NCBI RefSeq assembly: GCF_001194135.2
Contig: NC_068998.1
Coordinates: 17,785,801-17,836,025 of the forward strand
Source of the DNA: Octopus bimaculoides
Taxonomy: Eukaryota
Length of the DNA: 50,225 nucleotides
Direction: 5' to 3'
This document shows positions 37,621 through 48,984 of this stretch, piece by piece (the stretch's first letter is position 1; every line of letters begins with the position of its first letter). The notes under the pieces were generated by a model that was not told the origin of the DNA, made no database searches, and was given only the letters and a program-made list of their open reading frames with translations. The translations under genes were made by a program, and so were the position numbers.

Positions 37621-37921
37621 AAAATGGATTTAGCAAGAATCTTTATTCAGCATAATGATCATTTCCACCCATCCTGCATCTGTCCCTTATGGGTGGGATA
37701 CAGTACATCTAGTTGTTGCAGCTATCAATGCAAACTGTGTCTCACCAGGTATCTGAGGTAAATAGTAATGTATCCTATTAACATCAGACACCTGATGAGA
37801 TACAACCTGCATTGATGGATGCAACACAACTACATGTACTATATCCCACCTGTAATGGACAGATGCAGGAAGGGTTGAAACGATTGTTATGCTGAATAAA
37901 GATTCTTGCTAAATGCATTTT
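37621..37921. repeat. ~300-bp fold-back palindrome (arms 37621-37756 and 37784-37921, 27-nt loop)
   Basis: The reverse complement of the right arm (aaaatgcatttagcaagaatctttattcagcataacaatcgtttcaacccttcctgcatctgtcc...) aligns end to end with the left arm (aaaatggatttagcaagaatctttattcagcataatgatcatttccacccatcctgcatctgtcc...), roughly 85% identical by eye. Confidence 0.93.
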
Positions 37922-38160
37922 CCCTCATTTTATATATATTTATATATATGGTCCCTCCCACCTCAAAATGTATACACACTTCAGGAAAGGAAAAGTCTGT
38001 AAAAATATTTATTCAGTGTTAGTGAAATTTATTCAATGTTATCGTAATTTGATAAAACATTGAAAGAGGTATCTATATTTATAGAGGTACTTACACAAGA
38101 TAAATATTTATACAAGAATTTTCCTTTCCTGAAGAGTGTATACATTTTTTTGGCAGACTA

Positions 38161-38315
38161 GGTGCAGGAGTGGCTGTGTGGTAAGTAGCTTGCTTACTAA
38201 CCACATTGTTCCAGGTTCAGTCCCACTACATGGCACCTTGGGCAAGTGTCTTCTACTATGGTCTCTGGCCAACCAAAAGTGGATTTGGTTGACAGAAACT
38301 GAAAGAAGCCTGTCG

Positions 38316-38356
<41 letters not shown>

Positions 38357-38552
38357 ATGTGTGTGTGCATGTGTCTGTGTTTGGTTCCGTGTTTGTCTCC
38401 TACCATCACTTGACAACTGATGTTGGTGTATTTATGTCCCTGTAACTTAGTGGTTCAGCAAAAGAGACCGATAGAATAAGTACTAGGCTTACAAAGAATA
38501 AGTCCTGGGGTCGATTTGTTCAACTAAATGCAGTGCTCCAACATGGCCGCAG
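38161..38552 (+). mobile_element. Family-A SINE, 3' end cut at the junction with the Myb/SANT-like element
   Basis: Same head and body as 35429. It stops at ctccaacatggccgcag, where the usual tcaaatgactgaaacaag tail is missing. Confidence 0.88.
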
Positions 38553-38559
38553 GTTCTTG

Positions 38560-39182
38560 AGTGCCTCCCAAATTTCTTCTTTCCTGTAGGGTTTTGGATG
38601 GCATTGGATCCTCCATGAGGTTTTCTGTTTTTTTGTTTGGTGGGTTGGGGTTTCAGTTTTGGTTGTTTCATTTTTGCCTTTTCCTTTTTCTTCCTTTCCT
38701 TCTTTATGTTTATGTTTGTGTTTCGTCCTTCCTTTTCTTGTGGTGGGGAACTTTTTTCCTCTGGTTGTCCAATGGGATGAGGGCTCCATTCCTTTGTAGG
38801 ACCACTAGCACAGAGGGGCTTCTAGTTGCTGCTTCTTTGGCTTCCCTATCCTTTTCTGCTTGGTCATTCACAGGGATGGGGGATCCATTCTTTTGAGGAA
38901 CCACTGGATCAAAATGACTTCCGGGTTTTGTAAAAAATCTCCATCCTTATCAGCCTTGCCACAACAGTTTTTGATTATGACATCCAGGGTGTCAATGTGT
39001 GGTCTGATAAGCATATAGGATCGGATGAATTCATTCTTCTTCTGCTCTATCTGATCAATGGTTCAGTGAAAGCCATTGTTTTTTAGTGCAGCAGTGATGA
39101 TGTTGTTTGGCGGATCACCACTAGCAATTATCCATGCTTGCAACAAAAGAGTCGATTCTTTCTTCTCCCACTTTGGTGCCAT
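38560..39182 (-). pseudogene. Disabled ORF with an N-terminal Myb/SANT-like (trihelix-type) domain, probably transposon-derived
   Basis: MAPKWEKKESTLLLQAWIIASGDPPNNIITAALKNNGFH*TIDQIEQKKNEFIRSY has one in-frame TGA at 39063-39065. Frameshifted downstream blocks follow (VVPQKNGSPIPVNDQAEK; VVLQRNGALIPLDNQRKK; K-rich; KEEIWEALKN). Confidence 0.55.
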
Positions 39183-39785
39183 CTTCGTTTTTTAAGCCCA
39201 GAGGGGGAGTAGAGGATAGAGAGGAAGTGAGAGATAGAGAGGAAGTGAGAGATAGAGGGAGGTAGAAAAGAAGCACAGAGGGGTGGAGAAAGAGAGAGGT
39301 GCTATAAAGGAAAGAGAGAGGTGCTATAAAGGAAAGAGAGAGGTGCTATAAAGGAAAGAGAGAGGGGGTGGGTGTTAGAGAGACAGAGGAAGGGGAGAGA
39401 AAGAGAGAAAGAATGAGGGAGAGGAGGGGAAAAGAAAGAGAGACAGAATAAAGGCGAGGAGAGGAAGAGAAATAGAGACAGAGGGAGGGAGAAGATGGGA
39501 AGAGAAACTGAAGGAGAGACAGGAAAGGATGAAGGATGTGAGAGTGGTTACAAAGATGTGTAGGAAAACGAAAAACAGAATTCTAATTAGGATTTATAAT
39601 TCTAAATAATTCTAAAGAGGCAGAGTGAAAAAAGAAACGATAGTGAAAGGAAGGGGTTTCATAATGACTTCTATTTTTTGAATACGATGAAAATGAAGAG
39701 GTCGCTCTAAGAAAAGTAGAGATTATATGTCACTGTATATATATATATATATTCATATATATATATATATATACACCGTATATAT

Positions 39786-41178
39786 CATCATCATCATCAT
39801 CATCGTTTAACGTCCGCTTTCCATGCTAGCATGGGTTGGACGATTTGACTGAGGACTGGTGAAACCGGATGGCAACACCAGGCTCCAATCTAATTTGGCA
39901 GAGTTTCTACAGCTGGATGCCCTTCCTAACGCCAACCACTCAGAGAGTGTAGTGGGTGCTTTTACGTGTCACCCGCACGAAAACGGCCACGCTCGAAATG
40001 GTGTCTTTTATGTGCCACCCGCACAAGCNNNNNNNNNNNNNNNNNNNNNNNNNNNNNNNNNNNNNNNNNNNNNNNNNNNNNNNNNNNNNNNNNNNNNNNN
40101 NNNNNNNNNNNNNNNNNNNNNNNNNNNNNNNNNNNNNNNNNNNNNNNNNNNNNNNNNNNNNNNNNNNNNNNNNNNNNNNNNNNNNNNNNNNNNNNNNNNN
40201 NNNNNNNNNNNNNNNNNNNNNNNNNNNNNNNNNNNNNNNNNNNNNNNNNNNNNNNNNNNNNNNNNNNNNNNNNNNNNNNNNNNNNNNNNNNNNNNNNNNN
40301 NNNNNNNNNNNNNNNNNNNNNNNNNNNNNNNNNNNNNNNNNNNNNNNNNNNNNNNNNNNNNNNNNNNNNNNNNNNNNNNNNNNNNNNNNNNNNNNNNNNN
40401 NNNNNNNNNNNNNNNNNNNNNNNNNNNNNNNNNNNNNNNNNNNNNNNNNNNNNNNNNNNNNNNNNNNNNNNNNNNNNNNNNNNNNNNNNNNNNNNNNNNN
40501 NNNNNNNNNNNNNNNNNNNNNNNNNNNNNNNNNNNNNNNNNNNNNNNNNNNNNNNNNNNNNNNNNNNNNNNNNNNNNNNNNNNNNNNNNNNNNNNNNNNN
40601 NNNNNNNNNNNNNNNNNNNNNNNNNNNNNNNNNNNNNNNNNNNNNNNNNNNNNNNNNNNNNNNNNNNNNNNNNNNNNNNNNNNNNNNNNNNNNNNNNNNN
40701 NNNNNNNNNNNNNNNNNNNNNNNNNNNNNNNNNNNNNNNNNNNNNNNNNNNNNNNNNNNNNNNNNNNNNNNNNNNNNNNNNNNNNNNNNNNNNNNNNNNN
40801 NNNNNNNNNNNNNNNNNNNNNNNNNNNNNNNNNNNNNNNNNNNNNNNNNNNNNNNNNNNNNNNNNNNNNNNNNNNNGAGATAGAAGTTGTCTCCTGTTTG
40901 TTTACAGTCTTTATTGCACCTGAACATCTGCCACAAACAAAAACTAACTTCCTAGTTAACCTGCCTTTGATGTTGCTGCACCTCTTATGTGTCCATAGCT
41001 TGCACCGGGTACATCTTATAGAGTTACTACCTACTCCTTTTCTACATACTGAGCAGGGCCATCTACCTGAAGGGGTTTGTGTTTTATCTACCTTCCTACT
41101 TATTAGGATTTTGGTTTTAGCTAAGTTGACACTAAGGCCCTTCAATTCTAGACCTTGCTTCCACACCTGAAACTTCTA
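39786..41178 (-). mobile_element. 5'-truncated RTE LINE copy (ORF2 3' part with PHD-like finger, N-gap 40029-40876, 3' UTR and (GAT)n tail)
   Basis: WKQGLELKGLSVNLAKTKILISRKVDKTQTPSGRWPCSVCRKGVGSNSIRCTRCKLWTHKRCSNIKGRLTRKLVFVCGRC. Bases 41060-41178 are nearly identical to 1-118. Both sides are flanked by microsatellite. Confidence 0.9.
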
Positions 41179-41281
41179 AACACACACATATATATACACA
41201 CATATATATACACGCACACACATATATATACACATATATATACACACACACATATATATATATACACATTCATATATATAC

Positions 41282-41612
41282 ACCAGCAGAGATAGGAGCT
41301 CTCTGAACTTTGCTCAGGCTATTCTTATTCTAGCAGCTACACTTTCAGCACATCCACCCTTAGGTAATGGAAGCTATCAACTACTTGTAGTTTTTCTCTC
41401 TGGAATGTGACAAAAGTTGATCTCAGTACATTTTCAGTGTTTATAGCACCTGAGCATTTGCCACATACAAAAACTATCTTCCTAGTTACCCTTCCTTTGA
41501 TATTGCTGCACCTCTTATGTGTCCATAGCTTACACTGGGTACATCTTATGGAGTTTCTACCTATGCCTTTTGTACAGATTGTGCAGGGTTATCTACTTGA
41601 AGGGATTTGTTG
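41282..41612 (-). mobile_element. Older RTE ORF2 fragment (PHD-like region)
   Basis: PCTICTKGIGRNSIRCTQCKLWTHKRCSNIKGRVTRKIVFVCGKC...KLQVVDSFHYL, with stops; a diverged paralog of 40877-41060. Confidence 0.85.
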
Positions 41613-41622
41613 TTTATGTATG

Positions 41623-41674
<52 letters not shown>

Positions 41675-41754
41675 TGTATGTATGTATGTATATGTATGTA
41701 TGTATATGTATGTATCTATATATATAAGTAATATATATATTAGGCGAATATATA

Positions 41755-41791
<37 letters not shown>

Positions 41792-42018
41792 ATATATATA
41801 TATATGTGTGTGTTTATGTATATATATATATTTGTGTATATATGTATGTGTGTGTGTGTATACGTGTATATATATGTGTATTTCATATATATGTGTGTAT
41901 ATACACAGACATGCAGGAAGTAAAGCAACACCTTGAATTTTTTTAATGTTTTATTTAATACGCAAAGCGAACAATTGAAATGTAATCGATAGGTAAGACT
42001 ACATGTTTTAGTATTTAG

Positions 42019-42810
42019 TTGACATTCCCTTTGCAGTTTTTAAATGAGAAACTTGAGAGCAAACCCAACACCAAAGATACAGATGGAATACAACCTAGGT
42101 ACCGTAAAAAACAGTGGAATCGACTACAAAGAATTAGTGACAAAACAAACAGAAAGAACACGTGGTACAACACAGACAAGTTCCAAGGAGTAATGTTTAT
42201 AGACGCCACACCACACGGAGAACTAGCTCGCAGATTCAGAAAAATCCTCAAAAGTACTAAGTTGAAGATAAATGTCATAGAAAAACCAGGGAGATCCATT
42301 AGATCGATAATATGCAAAACATACTCCTTCAGAAGGACAAAGTGTGTAGAAGAGAATTGCATTGTGTGCAAATATAGTCCTGGTATCAACTGCAAAGCCA
42401 GAAATGTGGTCTACAAAATAAGCTGTATGGATGGTGATTGTAAAAACGGAAACACGGCATACATAGGTGAAACGGCGAGAAGTTTGGCTGAGCGTGTAAA
42501 TGAACATTGGAGGGACTATAAGAATCACAAACAAACCTTGGTGCTATACCAGCATGCCAAAGAACAACATGGTGGTGTACTGGACTGAATTAACATAGAA
42601 ATCCTGTCTAGACACCCCGGTGACGCATCGTTATGGCAAATTTTGAATAGCACACACTCACATGCTCATACCGAACAATTTCAAAACAGCGCCAAATCAT
42701 ACATTCAAAATAAATGGAAGTGGAGAGACAAATTAAATAAAATTTGAGATTTTTTGCGGAGGGTGAAAGAGGTAACAAAAACAGGACAGTGAGAACAAAA
42801 CAGTAAAAGC
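42019..42810 (+). mobile_element. Penelope-like element fragment: Cys-rich linker plus GIY-YIG endonuclease (Neptune-like)
   Basis: VMFIDATPHGELARRFRKILK...KCVEENCIVCKYSPGINCKARNVVYKISC...AYIGETARSLAERVNEH. VVY...YIGET-x-R-x-L-x-x-R-x-x-EH is the PLE GIY-YIG signature. A premature stop lies at 42586-42588. Confidence 0.9.
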
Positions 42811-42897
42811 AAACGGTGAAGGCTGTTAAGCCAAGACGATGTGAAGTGCTGAACACTGGAAAAACAAGCTTTGAGAAGAGACAGATAAAAGCAACCC

Positions 42898-43062
42898 TCA
42901 CCGTTTGGAGATGAGTTCAGTGGGGAAGTTGCAGGCGGAGATGATGGGGCAGCCAGGGGAGGGCAGAGGACAGTAGGAGATGCCTTGAAGTTGATGGAGA
43001 GCTTCCACTTTGTAGAGGTCCGCGCACCACACCACCATGGCTCTGCCGTTGTCGGCCGGTTT
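42898..43062 (-). mobile_element. Penelope-like RT N-terminal fragment with an internal deletion (second PLE family)
   Basis: KPADNGRAMVVWCADLYKVEALHQLQGISYCPLPSPGCPIISACNFPTELISKR* matches the PLE RT motifs KPADKG-x-x-VV and P-x-RPI(V/I)S. It runs into the N-gap at 43063. Confidence 0.75.
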
Positions 43063-43589
43063 NNNNNNNNNNNNNNNNNNNNNNNNNNNNNNNNNNNNNN
43101 NNNNNNNNNNNNNNNNNNNNNNNNNNNNNNNNNNNNNNNNNNNNNNNNNNNNNNNNNNNNNNNNNNNNNNNNNNNNNNNNNNNNNNNNNNNNNNNNNNNN
43201 NNNNNNNNNNNNNNNNNNNNNNNNNNNNNNNNNNNNNNNNNNNNNNNNNNNNNNNNNNNNNNNNNNNNNNNNNNNNNNNNNNNNNNNNNNNNNNNNNNNN
43301 NNNNNNNNNNNNNNNNNNNNNNNNNNNNNNNNNNNNNNNNNNNNNNNNNNNNNNNNNNNNNNNNNNNNNNNNNNNNNNNNNNNNNNNNNNNGGTTGGGAG
43401 GGACGGGGGTTATATGTATATATATGTATAATAGTATAAATAATATATTAAATATATACGTATAAACACATGCATATATGGGTACAGGACATCACAGAAC
43501 GTAAACAACATGAAATATGAAATGCTAAAACATGGAATATAAACTTTTTTGGGGGAACAACGAAAGAAACAAATGGAAAACAATACAAG

Positions 43590-43690
43590 CAACATAAAAA
43601 AACGACCCTTAAATAAAATTTGGGGTTTTGCGGAGGGTCAAAGTTGGTAACAAAAACAGGACAGTGAAAACAAACAGGAAGTTTTATTAA
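43590..43690 (+). repeat. Second copy of the segment that follows the PLE endonuclease
   Basis: ttaaataaaatttggggttttgcggagggtcaaagttggtaacaaaaacaggacagtgaaaacaaa is similar to 42732-42805. Confidence 0.75.
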
Positions 43691-43999
43691 ACCTCTTTTG
43701 ATGTCCTTCCAAAAATTCTTCACACTGATGAGAATGATAATGCATAAATTTAATTATAATACTATGATTATAATTTTTTTCTTACATATTTGTATTGTCC
43801 TTTGTGTGTGTGTGTGTGTATAAAAATTATACATGGAGAGAAAAACCACTAAGTGGTTTATTAACACGCTAGAAATAGGAGTTAAATCTCAAACCATGAA
43901 AAAAAACTATTATTTTGCATGTTGAATGTAGGCTAGCAGGATAATTTGAGAGAATTCACAAATGATTAGTCATTCCTGTACTTCAAAGCTTTGCCTTTG

Positions 44000-44065
<66 letters not shown>

Positions 44066-45049
44066 TATGCAATGCACATATATATGATGAGAATCTTTGA
44101 GTCTCCTTCTACCCAATCGACCCGCAAGGTTTTTGTTGGCCTGCGGCTATAGTAGAAGACACTTGCTCAAGGTGTCATGCAATGGGACTGAATCCAGAAC
44201 CATATTGTGATTTTAAATGTATACAGCCACACCTTTCGAGAATTTGATTGTGTAGAGAAATTCCAGCATATTTGTGGTATTTTGATAGGGTTTCAACTGA
44301 TCTAGTTGAAAATGTTTTCATTCTTTCTATTGATATTGTTGTGACAATGATACTTAAGTACAGATTATGTGTAATGGAGGAAGTTTAGCTACAGAAGCAT
44401 TGCAGAATTGTTGTTTCCATATCTTATAGAGCTGGACTTAAATCCTTTCATGGATTTAGAGAAAATAATAGTAACAGACTCTATTGTTCACTGCATGGTC
44501 AAGTAGGTCAAATATCTTACATTTGACTCATAAGTTTTATTTGTATTGTGTTTCCATTTTTTTTTTTAATCTTTCTACAAGGACTTGAATGAACTTTTTA
44601 TTCAGTTCCAACCCAATTAATCTGATCAAGCAGATGTGTTAACAAAAAGCATTCCAAGCAGTCAGTCTTGCTTTTTTTTCAGTTCAGTATATTGGGGGAA
44701 TATATGGTTGCTTGACTTAGTAGCCAAATCTCCCTCAAATTAAACTTTATCTTATAAATGACTTGTTCATTTACATTTTATACCTGAATATTTAAAAAGA
44801 AATGTTTGTTTTAATGAGCTTACTTTATCCACTATTTTAAGATAGTGGAAAAGAAATAAAATGTTACAGGCATGTCTGTCTGGATAAAGATTTCATTTCA
44901 TAATTATTTGGCTTGGAATTCTATTCTAATGTGTGGTACTTTGAGCAGGTGTCTTTTACTATATCTTTTGGCCAGGCTATTCCTTTTGAGTGAAATTGCT
45001 AGAAAGTTCTAGTAAACAGGGAAGCAGACAGGACTTGACTTACTTCAAA

Positions 45050-45716
45050 AAATTGGCCCTGCTTGATATGTAGGAAAGGTGTGGGTAGAAATTCCATATG
45101 GTGTACCCAGTGCAAGTTATGGACATGAGGTGCATTGAAATTAAGGAGAGGTTAACAGAAAAGGTAATGTGCAGCAGCAATAAAAGCTAAGTACACACAA
45201 GAAATAGGTTCTCTCAAATGCTCAAAGAGATTTCCTAGAGGTAGTAGACAGTTTCTGTTACCTTGGTGACCTAATTAGCAGTGGAGAGTGTTTCAAAAGT
45301 ATAAGAATTGAATGGGAAAAGTTCAAGGAGTTATCACCTCTGTCGTTAACAAAAGGTCTCTTCATCACAGTGAAAGGCTGATTATATGATGCATGTACAT
45401 GAAGAGCAATGCTGCGTGATAGTGAGACATGGGCCCTGAATGCAGAGGACCGTGAAGACTAGAGAGGAATAAAGTTATCATGCTCTGATGAATATGCAAC
45501 ATCAGTGTGCATGTATGTCAGTGTGCAAATGTTTTTGAGAAAAATTGAAATGAAAAGAATAACATGTAGTGCAGCAAGAGAGAAGGCTGCAATTGGCATG
45601 GTCATGTGATGCAGATGGATGAGGATAGCTATATAAAGAAGTGCCAATCACTTGAAGTGGAATCAACTTATGGAAGAGGGAGATACTGGAAGACATGCCC
45701 CTGAGAATTATGTAAA
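45050..45716 (+). mobile_element. Very degenerate RTE ORF2 C-terminal fragment
   Basis: WPCLICRKGVGRNSIWCTQCKLWT, LEVVDSFCYLGDLISSG, SETWALNAED and GRGRYWKT appear in mixed frames with stops. Confidence 0.8.
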
Positions 45717-46204
45717 AGGTATGCATGTTTGTGGAGTACTCAGCCACTTTCATGTTAATTTCACAAGCAGGCTGTTCTGATCAACTAAAACCCTCATCAT
45801 AACTGAGTACCGGTTATCATCATCATTTAACATCTACTTCTCTACGCTTACATGGGTCAAATTTTCTATGGATAGAAGCCCCTCTTGTCACTAACCTCCA
45901 CCTATTTCCAGAAAAGGTAATATTTTCTCATAGCTAGACATATTTTACATAGAAGACTAGAAATGAAGAACCCCCCCCCCTTGCATGACGATGCTCATTC
46001 ACAACAATTTCATAATGTTGAGACAAGCACACACACACACACAGCCATCAGTTTTTCAGTTTCCATCTACCAAATCCACTTAGAAGGATTTGATTGGTCT
46101 AAGACACTTGCCCAAGACCACATGGTTGGGAAGCGAGCATCTCAACCACAGAGCCATGCCTCTGTGTGTGTGTGTGTGTGTGTGTGTATAGAAAATAAAG
46201 AATT

Positions 46205-46261
<57 letters not shown>

Positions 46262-47027
46262 ATGATGGTTGGGGAGATGCCGATGCTTTGGATACAGTCT
46301 TTCCAGGGATGAACAGATGAAAGCTGGGAAAAAATAAGACAAGAGTTTGATATCCCCCATATCAGAACAACTGGCATCAACTGATAGGGAATAGAAAATG
46401 ATGTGAGAGTACATGCCTACATAATAAGTAGTGGGAGGGAGGAACTTTAGTTGGTGAGAGAGGAAGAGAGAAGGAAAAGGAATGAGGAGGAGAAACAAGG
46501 TGAGGGATGAGGTGGAGGAAAATTAGAGTGGGAGGAGAGCTCAAAAATAAGTTGGACTTAACTCTATTAAGAAAGGGCAGAAGCGTAGAAGAAAAACATT
46601 CATTTAAATGTGCTGCTATGCTTCTGCATTTGAATATAATATATTGTTCCTTATGCTTCCTTGAGTGTGCAGATCTGCAGCATGCAAAGATGCCAGATGC
46701 TGGTAAGTGGCTAATGGAGGAGGAGGGTGAGGGTGGAGGTGGGGGTTGGGCTGTTGTGCTTAAGTGGGTGGTGACAGGTTGGCCTGGCATACACAATATA
46801 TATTGCTATGTGTTTGTGAAAGCACTTGGTGAGGCAACTGTCTCACCAACATAAAGGGTACAGTAAGTATATCATGTGTATATGATGTTAATGAAAAGTG
46901 CAGCAGAACTTTTGTGTGATGTGGTACTGTGACTACACACACACACACACACACACACAAGCATATACACATGGATCATTTGCTAATAATAACAAGCTTT
47001 ACATTATGTCCTCATAGAAAATTAATA

Positions 47028-47510
47028 GGCACAAGAGTGGCTGTGTGGTAAGTAGCTTGCTTACCAACCACATAGTTCCGGGTTCATTCCCACTGCGTGG
47101 TACCTTGGGCAAGTGTCTTCTACTATAGCCTCGGGCCGACCAAAGCCTTGTGAGTGGATTTGGTAGACGGAAACTGAAAGAAGCCTGTCGTATNNNNNNN
47201 NNNNNNNNNNNNNNNNNNNNNNNNNNNNNNNNNNNNNNNNNNNNNNNNNNNNNNNNNNNNNNNNNNNNNNNNNNNNNNNNNNNNNNNNNNTATATATATA
47301 TATATATATGTATGTCTGTGTTTGTCCCCCCAACATCGCTTGACAACTGATGGTGGTGTGTTTACGTCCCCGTAACTTAGCGGTTTGGTAAAAGAGACCG
47401 ATAGAATAAGTACTAGGCATCCAAAGAATAAGTCCTGGGGTCGATTTACTCGACTAAAAGGCGGTGCTCCAGCATGGCCACAGTCAAATGACTGAAATAA
47501 GTAAAAGAGT
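47028..47510 (+). mobile_element. Family-A SINE, full length, with an N-gap in its internal (TA)n
   Basis: It has high identity to 35429-35824; the gap at 47194-47290 sits at the microsatellite. Confidence 0.9.
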
Positions 47511-47547
47511 ATATGCCACAAGTAAATACCTTTAAAAAGAACTTTAA

Positions 47548-47767
47548 CCCTTTAGCATTCATGTTACTCTGTCAAATGTAATGCTTATTTAGTCACATTG
47601 TTTTGAATTAATCATGCATTATCTTTTAGCTTTGAGATTTTGAATGCATGATTGTTCACTTTTACAATGACATTGTAGGACAGGTGTGAGAGACCAGATC
47701 AGGTTGGTTTGAACATAAAACGGGTAAAATATTTAGGCTGAATATGTCCAGTTTAAATGCTAAAGCG
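47548..47767. mobile_element. piggyBac-type MITE
   Basis: TTAA|CCCTTTAGCATT ... AATGCTAAAGCG|TTAG. TIRs starting with CCC and a TTAA target are piggyBac hallmarks. Confidence 0.72.
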
Positions 47768-48261
47768 TTAGCATAATTCTTCCATAAAAGTCAAAAGAAT
47801 TACTGAACTCAGAATTAAAAGTACTAAAGATATATGAAAAAAAAAAAAAAAGAAGAAAAAACTGACATGGAAAGTAGCAAGTAAAAAAGATAACATTGAA
47901 ATAATGTAAACACTATGTAAACAAGGAACCTCCTATCCTCAGTTGCTATTTATGTATCTTCAATGTTTAAACAGCAAATATAGGATCAGTGATGTCAACA
48001 ATCTTGAAAACTAATTTCAATACTGCTTTGGAATACACACACACACGCCATCATTATTGTCATTGTTTTACATCAGCTTCCTATACTGCCATGGGTTAGA
48101 CATGTTATTGCTGCTCTCTTTGTCTTGGGGGGGGGGTGCCACATTTGGCTTGTTTCATTCTTGACTTGGTTTATGCTATTGATGCCCGTTAGGTGTAGTG
48201 GGATCACAGAAAGGATAACACAGTAGATAGACACTTCATATGTGCTGATGCATAGGCTTTT

Positions 48262-48641
48262 TGTTGGCACTCCGTCGCTTACGACGACGAGGGTTTCAGT
48301 CGATCCGATCAACGGAACAGCCTGATCGTGAAATTAACGTGCAAGTGGCTGAGCACTCCACAGACACGTGTACCCTTAATCTAGTTCTTGGGGATATTCA
48401 GCGTGACACAGTGTGACAAGGCCGACCCTTTGAATTACGGGCACAACAGAAACAGGAAGTAAGAGTGAGAGAAAGTTGCGGTGGAAGAGTACAGCAGGGT
48501 TCGTCACCATCCCCTGCCGGAGCCTCGTGGAGCTTTAGGTGTTTTCGCTCAATAAACACTCACAACGCCCGGTCTGGGGATCGAAACCGCGATCCTATGA
48601 CTGCGAGTCCGCTGCTCTAACCACTGGGCCATTGCGCCTCC
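48262..48641 (-). mobile_element. Young tRNA(Arg)-like SINE (family B) with a 10-bp TSD
   Basis: It is nearly identical to 13993-14376. The TSD gatgcatagg is at 48247-48256 and 48644-48653. Confidence 0.9.
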
Positions 48642-48984
48642 ACGATGCATAGGTAAAGTAAGCATTAAAAGCACCCTTAAACTAGTTTGAATTAAATGCT
48701 CTTAAAAGTATTTGATGGCTTCTGTACTGAGGTGACCTAATTTCCAGGGAAAGGGGTGAGAGTTCAGAAAGTATAGTAACCTGAGTAACACATGCATACA
48801 GTTTCCTTATACCAGATTTCAAATGTTTTTTTTGGGGTCTGAGTCTATGGTAGAAGACGCTTGTCACAGGTGTAATACAGAAAGATTGAGCCCATAACAA
48901 CATGGACATGCAGTAAACCTCTTAACTCCACAACTATAATAATCACAACAGTAGCCATAAGAGTATTATTTACTTGTTTCAATC

